A DNA stretch of 64,000 bases from Pyrinomonadaceae bacterium (GTDB lineage Bacteria; Acidobacteriota; Blastocatellia; Pyrinomonadales; Pyrinomonadaceae): contig DATENS010000253.1 in assembly GCA_035274925.1 (NCBI GenBank), positions 3,266 to 67,265 on the forward strand. The letters run 5' to 3'. The notes under the pieces are model-generated. The model was not told where the DNA came from. It made no database searches and saw nothing but the letters and a program-made list of their open reading frames with translations. Each line of letters opens with the position of its first letter. The stretch's first letter is position 1. The position numbers and the translations under genes are program-made. Positions 42,793 to 52,743 of this stretch are shown in pieces.

Positions 42793-44820
42793 ATGCCTGC
42801 TGAACAAACAACAAAACGAGGGAGCGATGTGCGGTTCGACGGCCGCATTCTCTTTCTCACCGAAGACACGTCATTAATTCGCCGTCAGCTCGAAGCTTCT
42901 GGCGACGACGCAAAACAGATCGAGGACGAGCTGGCCCAGCGGCTGGCCAACGACGATTTGCCGCTGATGAACAACATCTCGACGGACGAGATCACGCCCG
43001 GCTGGGTCTGTTTTTATTACGACGAAACGTTGGGCCAATACGTGTACGCCGGCATGCGCGACAGCGCCGTCAAGAAAGATGAAGTTAAGAACGGCGGCTT
43101 TTCGGTGGTCGTCTCGGGTTTGTCGAAAGGCTGCGGATCGTCACGCGAGACTGCGCCGTACGCTGAGAAATGGGCGGGCATTCAACTTGTTATCGCGAAG
43201 AGCATCGAAAAAATTTACGGCCAGAACTCGCAGAACATCGGCCTGCTCACTTCGACTGATCTCGGACTGGTTGAGCGAGTTCGCCGCGGCGAAGAGATCG
43301 CGCTCTCGGAATTTACCAGCGGCCTGGATCCGATTTCCAAAGACATTGTCGAGTACGGCGGCCTGTTCAATTACAACAAGGCGCGTCTGGCGGGCGAGGT
43401 CTCGCCACCAGTACCACCTGCGTCAGCGGGTGGGTCCGCCCGCCCCATGAACATCGTCGAGAAAATCATCGCGCGCCACGCGTTTGTTAAAGCAGGCACT
43501 GTCGGCGTGGAATCAGTCAAGCCGGGTGATGCGCTTTTCGCCGTCGCAGACGTGCGCTTCTCGCATGAATACGTCACGCCGATGGCCGCGTCGCTTTTGA
43601 CGCAAGCGCTCGGGCCGGATGCGAAAGTAACCGAGCCTGATTCGGTCTTCGCTTTCCGCGATCACCTGACCTTTCTCAACAAAGTCATGTCGCCAAAACA
43701 TCGCGAGATGGGCTTGTTGGAAAAGGCGGAAGGCCTTGCAACTACTCAGGAAAGCTTTACCAGCAAGCAGGGCATCAAGCTCTATGGCGAGAATCCTGAT
43801 GGTGGCTCGGAAGCAATTTGTCACAACGCGGTGGTTGAGGATCTCGCGTTGCCCGGACAGGTGGTGATCGGCACTGACTCGCACACCTGCATGGCCGGCG
43901 TGCTCGGCTGTTTCGCATTCGGCGTAGGCTCAACCGACATGGCCAACGCCTGGTACACGAAAGACATTCGCATTCGCGTGCCTGAGACCGTGCGTTACGT
44001 TTTGAAGGGGAAGAAACGGGACGATGTCGCGGCCAAGGATGTCATGTTGTATATCCTGGCGACTGACTACATGAAATCTAGTCAGGGCATCGGCAAAGTC
44101 CTGGAGTTCGCCGGCGAGGATCTAATGAACTGGCCGATGGACGAGCGTGCCACCCTCACGAACATGTCAGTCGAAGCCGGCGGCTTCACCGGCATCATCG
44201 AACCCGACGAACACACGCTGGCTTACATCGTGAGCACGCGTGGCCTTGATGCCGAGACGGTGCGCCAAGGATTTGTTTACAGCGACCCGGATGCGGAGTA
44301 TGCCGCCGTGTTTGAGATCGATCTCGACGAGATCCGGCCGATGGTCGCGCTGCCGGGTGATCCGCGCAACGGCATTCCGATCGATTCGCTCGAAGAAGAG
44401 GTGCGCATTGACGCGGCGTATGGTGGTTCTTGCACCGGCGGAAAAATGGCCGACATGGATATGTACGCGGAAGTGCTACAGCATGCTCTGTCACAAGGCA
44501 AGCATGTCGCGCCGGGCGTCCATCTGTATCTGCAATTTGGCTCGCAGAAGATCAAGCAGTACGCTAAAGAGCGCGGCTACATCGAAATCTTCCAGCGGGC
44601 TGGAGCTGAATTGATCGATCCTTCGTGCGGAGCTTGTATCAACGCCGGCCCCGGCGCGTCGCCGTCGGCTGAGACCGTAACCGTCAGCGCGCAGAATAGA
44701 AACTTTCCCGGCCGTAGCGGCCCCGGCAAACTCTATCTCGCGTCTCCTTATGTCGTAGCTGCCTCGGCAATCGCGGGAAAAATTGTCGAACCGGATGAAT
44801 TCTTGCAGCGAGGCGAATAA
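42793..44820 (+). CDS. aconitase-family hydro-lyase, LeuD-like swivel domain fused N-terminal to a LeuC-like catalytic domain
   Basis: N-terminus: ISTDEITP, GCGSSRETAPYA, NSQNIGLL (LeuD-like). C-terminus: GTDSHT, GGSCTGG, DPSCGACI (Fe-S ligand regions). Confidence 0.8.
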   Translation: MPAEQTTKRGSDVRFDGRILFLTEDTSLIRRQLEASGDDAKQIEDELAQRLANDDLPLMNNISTDEITPGWVCFYYDETLGQYVYAGMRDSAVKKDEVKNGGFSVVVSGLSKGCGSSRETAPYAEKWAGIQLVIAKSIEKIYGQNSQNIGLLTSTDLGLVERVRRGEEIALSEFTSGLDPISKDIVEYGGLFNYNKARLAGEVSPPVPPASAGGSARPMNIVEKIIARHAFVKAGTVGVESVKPGDALFAVADVRFSHEYVTPMAASLLTQALGPDAKVTEPDSVFAFRDHLTFLNKVMSPKHREMGLLEKAEGLATTQESFTSKQGIKLYGENPDGGSEAICHNAVVEDLALPGQVVIGTDSHTCMAGVLGCFAFGVGSTDMANAWYTKDIRIRVPETVRYVLKGKKRDDVAAKDVMLYILATDYMKSSQGIGKVLEFAGEDLMNWPMDERATLTNMSVEAGGFTGIIEPDEHTLAYIVSTRGLDAETVRQGFVYSDPDAEYAAVFEIDLDEIRPMVALPGDPRNGIPIDSLEEEVRIDAAYGGSCTGGKMADMDMYAEVLQHALSQGKHVAPGVHLYLQFGSQKIKQYAKERGYIEIFQRAGAELIDPSCGACINAGPGASPSAETVTVSAQNRNFPGRSGPGKLYLASPYVVAASAIAGKIVEPDEFLQRGE

Positions 44821-44888
44821 TACTGGCATCATGTGGGTTGTCTCTCCCGCTCTAAACTCTAATTGAATCCACCATCCGGAGGTTGACG

Positions 44889-45554
44889 ATGCTGAAGCAT
44901 GTGATCTCTTGTCTCTCGCTCCTTCTCCTGCTGACGATGAGCGTTTCAGTCGCGCACGCGCAATCTGATGAAAAGAAGTTTGAAGTTGGCGGGCAGTTTA
45001 GCCTGCTGGGCTCAACGACCCGGACGGCTTCCAGCACGGTGTTCACCGAAGATCGAACGCATGTTCCGGGATTCGGGGGAAGGTTCGGCTACAACGCCTC
45101 GAAGTATTTTGCGCTCGAGGCCGAAGTCAATTTCTTTCCGCGTGATCGTGATCTCGAAGGCGGGCAGAAGTTTCAAGGCCTGTTTGGCGTGAAGGCGGGC
45201 AAGCGATTTGAAAAGGTCGGCGTGTTCGGCAAGGCGAGGCCGGGGTTCATCCGTTTCGATAAAGGCGACTATGTCTTTGGGACCGGCGGTTGTATCACCG
45301 TCTTCCCGCCACCCCTTGCCTGTTATCGACCGGTGGCGACCACCAACTTTGCGGCTGATTTGGGCGGGGTATTTGAACTTTATCCATCAGACCGAACTTT
45401 AGTTCGCTTTGACGTGGGCGACACAATCATCCACTTCAACCGGCGAAATGTTGCTGCGACCAGCACAGTGTTCGCGGGTTTGGTTGTGATTCCCGCGCCG
45501 GCTGAGACAAAGCACAACTTGCAGTTCAGCGCGGGCTTCGGGTTCCGGTTTTAA
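44889..45554 (+). CDS. outer-membrane beta-barrel protein
   Basis: GGAGG RBS. Signal peptide ..SVSVAHAQ. Alternating beta-strand pattern. C-terminal aromatic ...GFGFRF. Confidence 0.65.
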   Translation: MLKHVISCLSLLLLLTMSVSVAHAQSDEKKFEVGGQFSLLGSTTRTASSTVFTEDRTHVPGFGGRFGYNASKYFALEAEVNFFPRDRDLEGGQKFQGLFGVKAGKRFEKVGVFGKARPGFIRFDKGDYVFGTGGCITVFPPPLACYRPVATTNFAADLGGVFELYPSDRTLVRFDVGDTIIHFNRRNVAATSTVFAGLVVIPAPAETKHNLQFSAGFGFRF

Positions 45555-45585
45555 GACATCCACAGATTGCACAGAACAGTAAGGA

Positions 45586-45656
45586 CCACCTTCGTCAGCG
45601 GGTGGGTCAGTCGCTACGCCGACTAGATCCCCAAACCCACCCGCTGACGCAGGTGG
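45586..45656. repeat. inverted pair of the GTCAGTACCACCTGCGTCAGCGGGTGGG repeat family
   Basis: CCACCTTCGTCAGCGGGTGGGT (45586-45607) and ACCCACCCGCTGACGCAGGTGG (45635-45656). Related copies at 36583-36611, at 43411-43436 (inside a CDS), and a partial copy at ~13849. Confidence 0.8.
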
Positions 45657-45665
45657 TACTGACTT

Positions 45666-46427
45666 CTACATTGCCAACCCGCCATCAACCTGCACTACCT
45701 GGCCGGTAATGTAGCGCGCGTCGTCCGACAAGAGGAAGCAGGCAATGCGCGCGACTTCGTCGGCTTCGGCGAAGCGGCCGAGGGGAATCTGGTCCAAAAC
45801 TTTCTGCTGATAACTCTCGTCAAGCCCGCTTGCCATGTCGGTGGCTACCATTCCTAAGGCCAATGCGTTCACGGTGACTTTTCGGCTGGCAACTTCGCGT
45901 GCAAGAGCTTTGGTGAGGCCGATCATTCCTGCTTTCGATGCGGAATAATTCGATTGCCCGGCCATGCCGATCACGCCGCTGATCGAGGTGATGTTGAGAA
46001 TCGATCCGCCCTCTTCCTGGCGCAACATCACGCGCAGCGCCGCTTTCGAAAAGTTCCAGGCGCCTTTCAGATTCGTGTCGATAACCGCGTCCCAGTCGTC
46101 TTCTTTCATGCGCAGGATCAGCGTGTCGCGCACGATGCCGGCGTTGTTGATAAGAAAGTCGATGCGGCCGAAAGCTTCTTTCGTTTGCTTTACCATTTCG
46201 GCGGCGCCTTCGGTGCTGGCCACGTCACCCTGCGTGGCGAGCGCGCGCACTCCGAGTGCCTCAATCTCAGCGCGCAGCGAGTCGGCGGCTTCCACGCTCT
46301 TCGCATAATTGAATGAGACATTTGCGCCGCGTCTCGCTAACTCCAGAGCGATGGATCGCCCGATGCCGCGCGTGGCGCCGGTTACGATTGCAGCTCGTCC
46401 GGCAAAGTCTTTTCCGTCGTTACTCAC
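45666..46427 (-). CDS. fabG: SDR family 3-oxoacyl-ACP reductase
   Basis: VTGATRGIGRSIA, NNAGI, S.....G..GQSNYSASKAG. 253 aa. Confidence 0.8.
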   Translation of the reverse strand: MSNDGKDFAGRAAIVTGATRGIGRSIALELARRGANVSFNYAKSVEAADSLRAEIEALGVRALATQGDVASTEGAAEMVKQTKEAFGRIDFLINNAGIVRDTLILRMKEDDWDAVIDTNLKGAWNFSKAALRVMLRQEEGGSILNITSISGVIGMAGQSNYSASKAGMIGLTKALAREVASRKVTVNALALGMVATDMASGLDESYQQKVLDQIPLGRFAEADEVARIACFLLSDDARYITGQVVQVDGGLAM

Positions 46428-46512
46428 GAGTCACCTCACGTTAGAATGCGTGGCAATATACCAGAGCTTCGATCGAGCGCGGAAGTAACGTTGGTGAGGA
46501 TCCCTGATTTGC

Positions 46513-46693
46513 GGCGCGAAGCGCCGAGATGAAAGAGCCCCGACCGTTAGGTCGGGGTTAGTGTGCGAAAACAAAAATTGCGGTCCGAAGGACCGCCATG
46601 AGCATGCCGGTCCTTCGGACCTCCTGGTTCTGTTCGTCAATCGTTACCCCGACCTAACGGTCGGGGTTATTTCATCTCGGTCCTGCGGACCGG
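46513..46693. repeat. MITE-like nested hairpin element
   Basis: Arms: CCGAGATGAAAGAGCCCCGACCGTTAGGTCGGGGTTA (46524-46560) versus TACCCCGACCTAACGGTCGGGGTTATTTCATCTCGG (46645-46680). Inner hairpins: GCGGTCC-GAAG-GACCGC and GGTCC-TTCG-GACC. Confidence 0.8.
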
Positions 46694-46794
46694 ATACCAC
46701 ACAACTAACTCTTTCACCTCCGCACGTTGCTCGCCCCTGACTTTTATTGTAAAGATTTGAGTTCGCTGAAAATCAGAAAGACCAGGATGGTAAT

Positions 46795-47562
46795 GTGAAG
46801 TTCATTGTTCTCGCTGCGGGTTACGCCACGCGCCTTTACCCGCTGACTCTCGATCAACCAAAGCCGCTGCTTGCGGTCGCGGGCAAGCCGATGATCGAGC
46901 ACGTGCTCGACAATCTGAAGCCGATAGCGGGCGTCGATCACATCTACATTGTCACGAACGCAAAGTTCGCGGGGCACTTTCAGCGCTGGGCGGACGATTA
47001 TCACGTGCAGCACGAAGGTGCGCCGATTACGATCGTCAACGATCTCACCACCGACGAATCAAACAGGCTGGGCGCCATCGGCGACATGAATTTAGTCCTG
47101 ACCCAAGCCCGGATCGACGACGACATCATGGTGGTCGCCGGCGATAATCTGTTCAGCGAGAGTCTCGAGCAGTTCGGCGAGTTCAGCAGCGCCCGAAATG
47201 GGCCGGTCCTCGGCGTTTACGACGTTGGCAATTTGGAGGAGATTAAAAAGTACAACGAGATCGACATTGACGAGGACGACCGCATCACTTTTTTTGAAGA
47301 GAAACCGGCCCACCCAAAAAGCACTCTTACCGGAATTGCTTTGTATTACTATCCGCGCCAGACCCTGCCGCTGATTCGCCAGTATCTGGACGAAGGCAAC
47401 AACGCCGACCAACCGGGCCGGCTCGTCCAATGGCTTTATCCGCGGATCCCTTTCTACATTTGGCGCGTGCCAGGCATTTGGTACGATGTCGGCTCGAAAG
47501 AAACGCTCGAGGAAGCGAATCGAATTTTTGCCCGGCCGACAGCGGCAAGCGACAAACAATAA
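46795..47562 (+). CDS. sugar-phosphate nucleotidyltransferase
   Basis: KFIVLAAGYATRLYPLT...PKPLL.V.GKPMI (NTP-transferase signature). GTG start. Confidence 0.8.
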   Translation: MKFIVLAAGYATRLYPLTLDQPKPLLAVAGKPMIEHVLDNLKPIAGVDHIYIVTNAKFAGHFQRWADDYHVQHEGAPITIVNDLTTDESNRLGAIGDMNLVLTQARIDDDIMVVAGDNLFSESLEQFGEFSSARNGPVLGVYDVGNLEEIKKYNEIDIDEDDRITFFEEKPAHPKSTLTGIALYYYPRQTLPLIRQYLDEGNNADQPGRLVQWLYPRIPFYIWRVPGIWYDVGSKETLEEANRIFARPTAASDKQ

Positions 47563-48849
47563 ATGCTCGACCTAAATTACGTTCGCGAAAATATCGATGC
47601 CGTGCGTGCGGCTCTGGAGAAACGAGGCGCGCCCGCGACAGCGCTCGACGACTTTGCACAGGCTGACGCCGAGCGCCGGCGAGTAATTGCCGAGTCCGAT
47701 CAACTGAACGCGAAAAGGAATACGGCCAGTCGCGAAATCGGCGCCTTGATGAAAGACGGTAAGCGTGAGGAAGCCGACGCCCAACGCAAATCAGTGGGCG
47801 AGATGAAAGAGCGCATCGCCGAGTTGGATCGGCAGCGCGACGACGCCGACACGCGCATGCGCGATCTGCTCTCAACCCTGCCCAACATTCCTCACGACAG
47901 TGTGCCGGTTGGTAAAGACGAATCGGCCAACCGGTTCGAAAGAGTTTGGGGTGAAAAGCCTGAGTTTGAGTTTGAACCAAAAGATCACGTGGATCTGGGA
48001 ACAGCCCTCGGCATTCTCGATCTGGAGCGGGCAACGAAGATCGCCGGGGCGCGTTTCGCGATCCTGCTGGGCGCAGGGGCACGACTCGAGCGCGCCTTGA
48101 TTGACTTCATGCTGGATGTGCACACGCGTGAGCACGGTTACCTCGAGACCCTGCCGCCGTTCATAGTCAATCGCGATGCGCTATTTGGCACTGCTCAACT
48201 GCCAAAATTCGAAGAAGATCTTTTCAGGCTCGATGACGAACGCGGGTTCTACCTGCTTCCCACGGCTGAAGTTCCCGTCACCAACTATCATCGCGAGGAA
48301 ATTCTCGAGGCGTCACAGTTGCCGAAGAAATGGGTGGCCTACACGCCGTGTTTTAGATCTGAGGCGGGCAGTTATGGAAAGGACACGCGCGGAGTGATTC
48401 GCCAGCACCAGTTTGAAAAGGTCGAGCTGGTGAAGTATTCGTTGCCGGAAAATTCCTATGATGAACTCGAAGCGCTGACCCGCGACGCGGAAACGATCCT
48501 GCAGAAACTGGGGATTCATTATCGAGTGGTTTCGCTCTCGACCGGTGACCTGGGCTTTGCCAGCGCGAAGACTTATGACATCGAGGTGTGGCTGCCGTCG
48601 CAGAATGCGTTTCGCGAGATCTCGTCATGTTCAAACTGCGAAAGTTTTCAGGCGCGACGGGCGAACATTCGCTTTCGCCGGGCGGGCGGCGCCAAACCTG
48701 AGTTTGTGCACACGCTAAATGGATCAGGGCTGGCTGTCGGCCGCACCTGGCTCGCGATTTTGGAGAACTTTCAGCAGGCGGACGGATCAGTCGTGGTGCC
48801 GGAAGCGCTGCGGCCGTACATGGGCGGAGTTGAGCTCATTAGGGCTTAG
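47563..48849 (+). CDS. serS: serine--tRNA ligase
   Basis: [10 protein letters not shown]... coiled-coil arm. Class II motifs ..FRSEAGS.G.DTRG..R.HQF.KVE.. and GSGLAVGRT. Confidence 0.95.
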   Translation: MLDLNYVRENIDAVRAALEKRGAPATALDDFAQADAERRRVIAESDQLNAKRNTASREIGALMKDGKREEADAQRKSVGEMKERIAELDRQRDDADTRMRDLLSTLPNIPHDSVPVGKDESANRFERVWGEKPEFEFEPKDHVDLGTALGILDLERATKIAGARFAILLGAGARLERALIDFMLDVHTREHGYLETLPPFIVNRDALFGTAQLPKFEEDLFRLDDERGFYLLPTAEVPVTNYHREEILEASQLPKKWVAYTPCFRSEAGSYGKDTRGVIRQHQFEKVELVKYSLPENSYDELEALTRDAETILQKLGIHYRVVSLSTGDLGFASAKTYDIEVWLPSQNAFREISSCSNCESFQARRANIRFRRAGGAKPEFVHTLNGSGLAVGRTWLAILENFQQADGSVVVPEALRPYMGGVELIRA

Positions 48850-48873
48850 GTTCGTCAATCCGGAATTTCTTAC

Positions 48874-48979
48874 GCCCCGTCGGGGCTTCAATTTTGTTTG
48901 GTCTCGGGACTTGGGGTGGCGCGCTTCGCGCTTACCCCAGGCTATTTTATTTTCACGCCTTCGGCGTGAAGACCTTCAC
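48874..48979. repeat. cluster of tetraloop-type hairpins between convergent genes
   Basis: GCCCC-gtc-GGGGC, GGGGTGGCGCG-cttcg-CGCTTACCCC (imperfect), CACGCC-ttcg-GGCGTG, GTGAAG-ac-CTTCAC. Confidence 0.7.
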
Positions 48980-49009
48980 GAGTTCAGGACAGGCGCGAGC
49001 TTCGCAGGC

Positions 49010-50815
49010 CTATCTAATCCGCAAACTAAACGGCAGCAGATAAACTGCCTCGCCCCGCTTGACCCGATCCATGATTTGCAAATAGCGAAAAGCGTGACGC
49101 ACATCTTCGGGCATGGCCGCGAGCATGGCCTGTTGCTGCTTTAGCGTCGCGTTGGCACTGGCGTCGACGCTGTCTTCGCCTGAGTCGCTGAACAACTCTT
49201 CCCAGAAGCTGGGTGGCTGCGGGCGAATGATGCGCTGCACGCCCTTGTCGGCAGGTATCTTCGCCAGTTGCTTGGCGATTTCGATCGCCTTGTCGAGCCC
49301 GCCGTATTCATCAACCAGCCCGTTGTCTTTCCCCTGTTTTCCGGTCCAGACACGGCCCTGACCGATCGAGTCGATGTAAGCCGCATCTTTCCCGCGGCCT
49401 TTTCCGACTTTCGAAATAAAATCCTGATAAGTCGTATTCAGGAACTCTTCGAACTTCTTTCTTTCGCTGTCACTGAATTTTTCGGATTCGCGAAACATGC
49501 CCGCGTTCGTGCCGCGCAGCACGTATTCATTCGTAACCCCAATCCAGTCATAGAAACCCTTGACCACCGGCTTGCCGCCAACGACGCCGATCGATCCGGT
49601 AATCGTCGAAGGCTCGGCGACGATCTTGTGCGCGCCGGCGGCAATGTAATAACCGCCTGACGCGGCCACGTCGCTCATCGAAACCACCACCGGCTTCTTT
49701 TCTTTCAGCGATTCAACGGCGCGCCAAATAATGTCTGAGGCCAGCCCGGATCCGCCCGGACTGTCGATGCGAAAGACGACGGCCTTGATCGAATTATCGT
49801 CGCGCACTTCTTTCAGGACTTTGACCAGAGAGTCTGATCCAATCGTTTCCTGCCCCGAAGATCCGAACTGCGAGCTGCCAGAGACAATGTCGCCAGAGGC
49901 GTACACCACCGCAATTTTTTCACCGCGGTTCAGGCCCAGCGACTCCTGCGTAATCTTGCGATAATCCCCGGCGCTGGTGACGCGCAATTCATCGCCCTCT
50001 TTATAACCAAGGCGTTTCTTCATCTCCTTGTCTACTTCGTCGCGGTAAAGAGCGCCGTCGATCAGGCCCGCATCCTTTGCCTGAGCCGCGTTGTAAGGCG
50101 CGTTGTCGATTATCTTCTTCACGTCGTCAGCCGATTTCGATCGCCCTTTCGCAATTCCTTCGACATACCGGCCGTACAAATCATCCAGCAGCGAATTGAT
50201 GTACTCGCGATGGGCATCCGTCATCTCCTTTTGCGTGAACATGTCGCCAGCGCTTTTGTACTTTCCAATCTGGTACATGTCGGGATAGATGCCGAGTTTG
50301 TCGAGCGAGCCGCGGAAGAACATCACGTCGGCTGCGAGACCTGTGACGAAGAGCTCTCCTGAAGGCGGCACGTAGATCTTGTCGCAAGCCGCGGCGATGT
50401 AATAGTCCTTGTTGAATCCGGTTTCGATGAATGCGTAGACAGGTTTGCCCGACGAACGAAAATCTTCAATCGCGCCGCGAATTTCTTCTGCCTTGGCCCA
50501 ACCCGTGTCCGACGCATCGATGTCGAGAATAATGGCGCTGATGCGCTTGTCGGCTTTTGCTTTGCGAAACTGGGCCAACAGGCTGCCGAGCGATTGCGGC
50601 GGATTGCTAAAGAGACGATTGAAGGCGTTATCGGGAACGTAGTCAGGCAGCGGGCCTGAGACGCGCAGCGCCAGAACGCTGTTGTCGCGAATCGATGGGC
50701 GGCCGCCTCTGAGCGAGGAAACCAAAATCGCCATTCCTACAAAGAAGAACAGCACCACGCCCAGAACGATTCCGGAAATGATAAGTACGGTTTTACGGGT
50801 TGATGACATTGCCAT
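49010..50815 (-). CDS. sppA: signal peptide peptidase SppA, 67K type
   Basis: 601 aa. N-terminal TM helix. Two tandem S49 domains (..AASGGYYIA..). Confidence 0.8.
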   Translation of the reverse strand: MAMSSTRKTVLIISGIVLGVVLFFFVGMAILVSSLRGGRPSIRDNSVLALRVSGPLPDYVPDNAFNRLFSNPPQSLGSLLAQFRKAKADKRISAIILDIDASDTGWAKAEEIRGAIEDFRSSGKPVYAFIETGFNKDYYIAAACDKIYVPPSGELFVTGLAADVMFFRGSLDKLGIYPDMYQIGKYKSAGDMFTQKEMTDAHREYINSLLDDLYGRYVEGIAKGRSKSADDVKKIIDNAPYNAAQAKDAGLIDGALYRDEVDKEMKKRLGYKEGDELRVTSAGDYRKITQESLGLNRGEKIAVVYASGDIVSGSSQFGSSGQETIGSDSLVKVLKEVRDDNSIKAVVFRIDSPGGSGLASDIIWRAVESLKEKKPVVVSMSDVAASGGYYIAAGAHKIVAEPSTITGSIGVVGGKPVVKGFYDWIGVTNEYVLRGTNAGMFRESEKFSDSERKKFEEFLNTTYQDFISKVGKGRGKDAAYIDSIGQGRVWTGKQGKDNGLVDEYGGLDKAIEIAKQLAKIPADKGVQRIIRPQPPSFWEELFSDSGEDSVDASANATLKQQQAMLAAMPEDVRHAFRYLQIMDRVKRGEAVYLLPFSLRIR

Positions 50816-50917
50816 AGCAGTTTTTCCTAATGATTTTCAGAGATTCCAGTCCGGTTGTGAGTACGAAGAGCGTACGAAAAAGGTTTAAGAACTGCAGAAA
50901 CCAGTAGGCAAAGGCAC

Positions 50918-50966
50918 AAGGCAGTAGGCAGAAAGCAGTCGATTTCAGTTCTCTGCCTACTGCCTT
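50918..50966. repeat. 15-bp perfect hairpin of the GCAGTAGGCAG family (overlaps the mnmA stop)
   Basis: AAGGCAGTAGGCAGA (50918-50932) ... TCTGCCTACTGCCTT (50952-50966). Confidence 0.8.
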
Positions 50967-52075
50967 CTGTTCTTCACGATCCAGCCACCACCTACGACTT
51001 CATCACCGCGATAGAACACCGTCGCCTGGCCGGGCGTGATGGCTCGCTGTGGCGCGGCAAACTGTACGCGCACGCGATTGTCGGCAATCGGCGTGATCGT
51101 CGCAGGCGACGGCGCATGTCGATAGCGCACGCGTACTTCGGCTTCCACCGGGCGGGAGGGATTATCAAGTGCGATCCAATTTACGCCGGCGGCCGTGAAC
51201 TGATCACTCATCAGTTCGTCTTCGTAACCGACCACGATGCGGTTCGTTTCGGATTCAACATTCAGCACGTAAAGGGGCCGCGCGTCCGCGATGCCGATTC
51301 CGCGACGCTGGCCAATCGTGTAGCGGTGAATGCCGGTGTGCGCGCCGATCACTTCGCCGCCGGCAGTGACGATTTCACCATCACCCGGCATACGATTGGT
51401 TTGCTGTTCTGCTTCAAGATAGCGATCGATAAAACCGGCATAGTCGCCATCGGGCACAAAACAGATTTCCTGTGATTCCTTCTTTTCTGCTACGGCCAGA
51501 TCGGCGCGCCGGGCCGCGTCGCGCGCTTCCGGTTTCGACAACTCGCCCAGCGGAAACAGCGCTCGTGAAAGCTGGTCCTGCGTCAGCTCCCAAAGAAAAT
51601 AGGATTGGTCCTTTTGCGGATCCTTGCCGCGCAAGAGCCGGTAACGGTTTGTGCTTTCATCGAATTCCACGCGGGCGTAATGACCGGTGGCCACTTTCTC
51701 GCACCCGAGACTGGTGGCCAGTTTGTCCAGCGAGGCAAACTTCAAACGGCTGTTGCAGGCGACACAGGGAATTGGCGTTTCGCCGTTCAGGTAGCTCGTC
51801 ACAAACGGCTGCACCACGTCCCGCTCGAATTCCTTTTCCAGATTGAGGACGTAGAAGGGAAAGCCGAGCTCTTCCGCCACGCGGCGCGCGTCATAGACGT
51901 CGTCGAGCGAACAGCAGCGCGAAGGCAGCGGCTCGCCGTTTTCATCCACACTGATCCCGCGCCGCTGGTTCCACAACTGCATCGTGAAGCCGACCAGTTC
52001 GTGGCCCTGCTCCTTTAAGATCGCGGCGGCGGCGGACGAATCAACGCCACCTGACATGGCTACTGCTACTTTCAT
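50957..52075 (-). CDS. mnmA: tRNA 2-thiouridine(34) synthase
   Basis: [14 protein letters not shown] (PP-loop), CCS..D, ATGHYAR, KDQSYFL. Confidence 0.9.
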   Translation of the reverse strand: MKVAVAMSGGVDSSAAAAILKEQGHELVGFTMQLWNQRRGISVDENGEPLPSRCCSLDDVYDARRVAEELGFPFYVLNLEKEFERDVVQPFVTSYLNGETPIPCVACNSRLKFASLDKLATSLGCEKVATGHYARVEFDESTNRYRLLRGKDPQKDQSYFLWELTQDQLSRALFPLGELSKPEARDAARRADLAVAEKKESQEICFVPDGDYAGFIDRYLEAEQQTNRMPGDGEIVTAGGEVIGAHTGIHRYTIGQRRGIGIADARPLYVLNVESETNRIVVGYEDELMSDQFTAAGVNWIALDNPSRPVEAEVRVRYRHAPSPATITPIADNRVRVQFAAPQRAITPGQATVFYRGDEVVGGGWIVKNRRQ

Positions 52076-52086
52076 TGAGATATGTT

Positions 52087-52743
52087 CTATTTTTGCGCCT
52101 CGGCGATGAAATACACAACTTCGCGGCGGTCATTGGATTGAAGGCGCCGTGCCCACGAGGATTTCAGGTGTGGCCATTCCGCCGGGTGCACCGGTCCGCT
52201 TTCGCGCACTTTGAATCCGGCCGCGTCGTACTTTGGCGCGAGACTGGATTTGAGGTAGTCCGCGGACAAAACCGGTAGTTCAAGACGGGCAATCTCTGTT
52301 TTGTCGCGCACCGGATCGATGCCGATCACGACTTCGAGCAGGCAGCCCGGCGCGCTCACGCGATGGAGATTCTTCAACACTTCCGGATCGCCGCAAGCGA
52401 CGGCGCGCAGCAAACTTCCCCACGGAAAATGAATGTGAATCTCGTCTGCCGTATCGTTCAGTTCGGCCGGGAGGTCTTCGATGGCCGCCTGCACGAACAT
52501 CAGGTTAGGCGCGCCACCTTTAGCCGGCTGACGCGTCGCCTTCAACGAGATCTTTTCCAGCGGCTTCGCATTCGCGTCGATCCCCAGGTAGAACCTGGCC
52601 GGGTTTTCCCGCGCGCTCTGGTATACAAAGCGACCGTCGCCGGTCCCGATATCGATAATCACTCCGCGGGCCTGATCGTCGGATGTAGGGCTCGATAAGT
52701 TGTCGAAACTCGCGTTCGTCGAGTTATCAGAATGTACTGCCAC
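52087..52743 (-). CDS. class I SAM methyltransferase resembling the Kam/NpmA 16S rRNA m1A1408 methyltransferase family
   Basis: [14 protein letters not shown]......P..FY.GIDA....L..IS.K....P.KGG.PN..FV.AA.E.LP.EL...AD.I.I.FPWGSLL ... SSWARRL. Collinear with my recollection of NpmA. Confidence 0.55.
   Translation of the reverse strand: MAVHSDNSTNASFDNLSSPTSDDQARGVIIDIGTGDGRFVYQSARENPARFYLGIDANAKPLEKISLKATRQPAKGGAPNLMFVQAAIEDLPAELNDTADEIHIHFPWGSLLRAVACGDPEVLKNLHRVSAPGCLLEVVIGIDPVRDKTEIARLELPVLSADYLKSSLAPKYDAAGFKVRESGPVHPAEWPHLKSSWARRLQSNDRREVVYFIAEAQK

Noticed and set aside
45586-45656. Inverted repeat between the convergent OMP and fabG genes, considered as a canonical bidirectional rho-independent terminator (likewise 50918-50966)
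   Set aside because: The stems are strong, but neither side is followed by a U-run, and the same sequence words recur elsewhere, including inside a CDS. These are therefore annotated as repeat-family members. A terminator role is possible but not demonstrated.
47327-48082. 251-aa minus-strand ORF
   Set aside because: It is antisense to serS and the nucleotidyltransferase. It is extremely Arg/Pro/Cys-rich. serS motifs on the plus strand are unambiguous.
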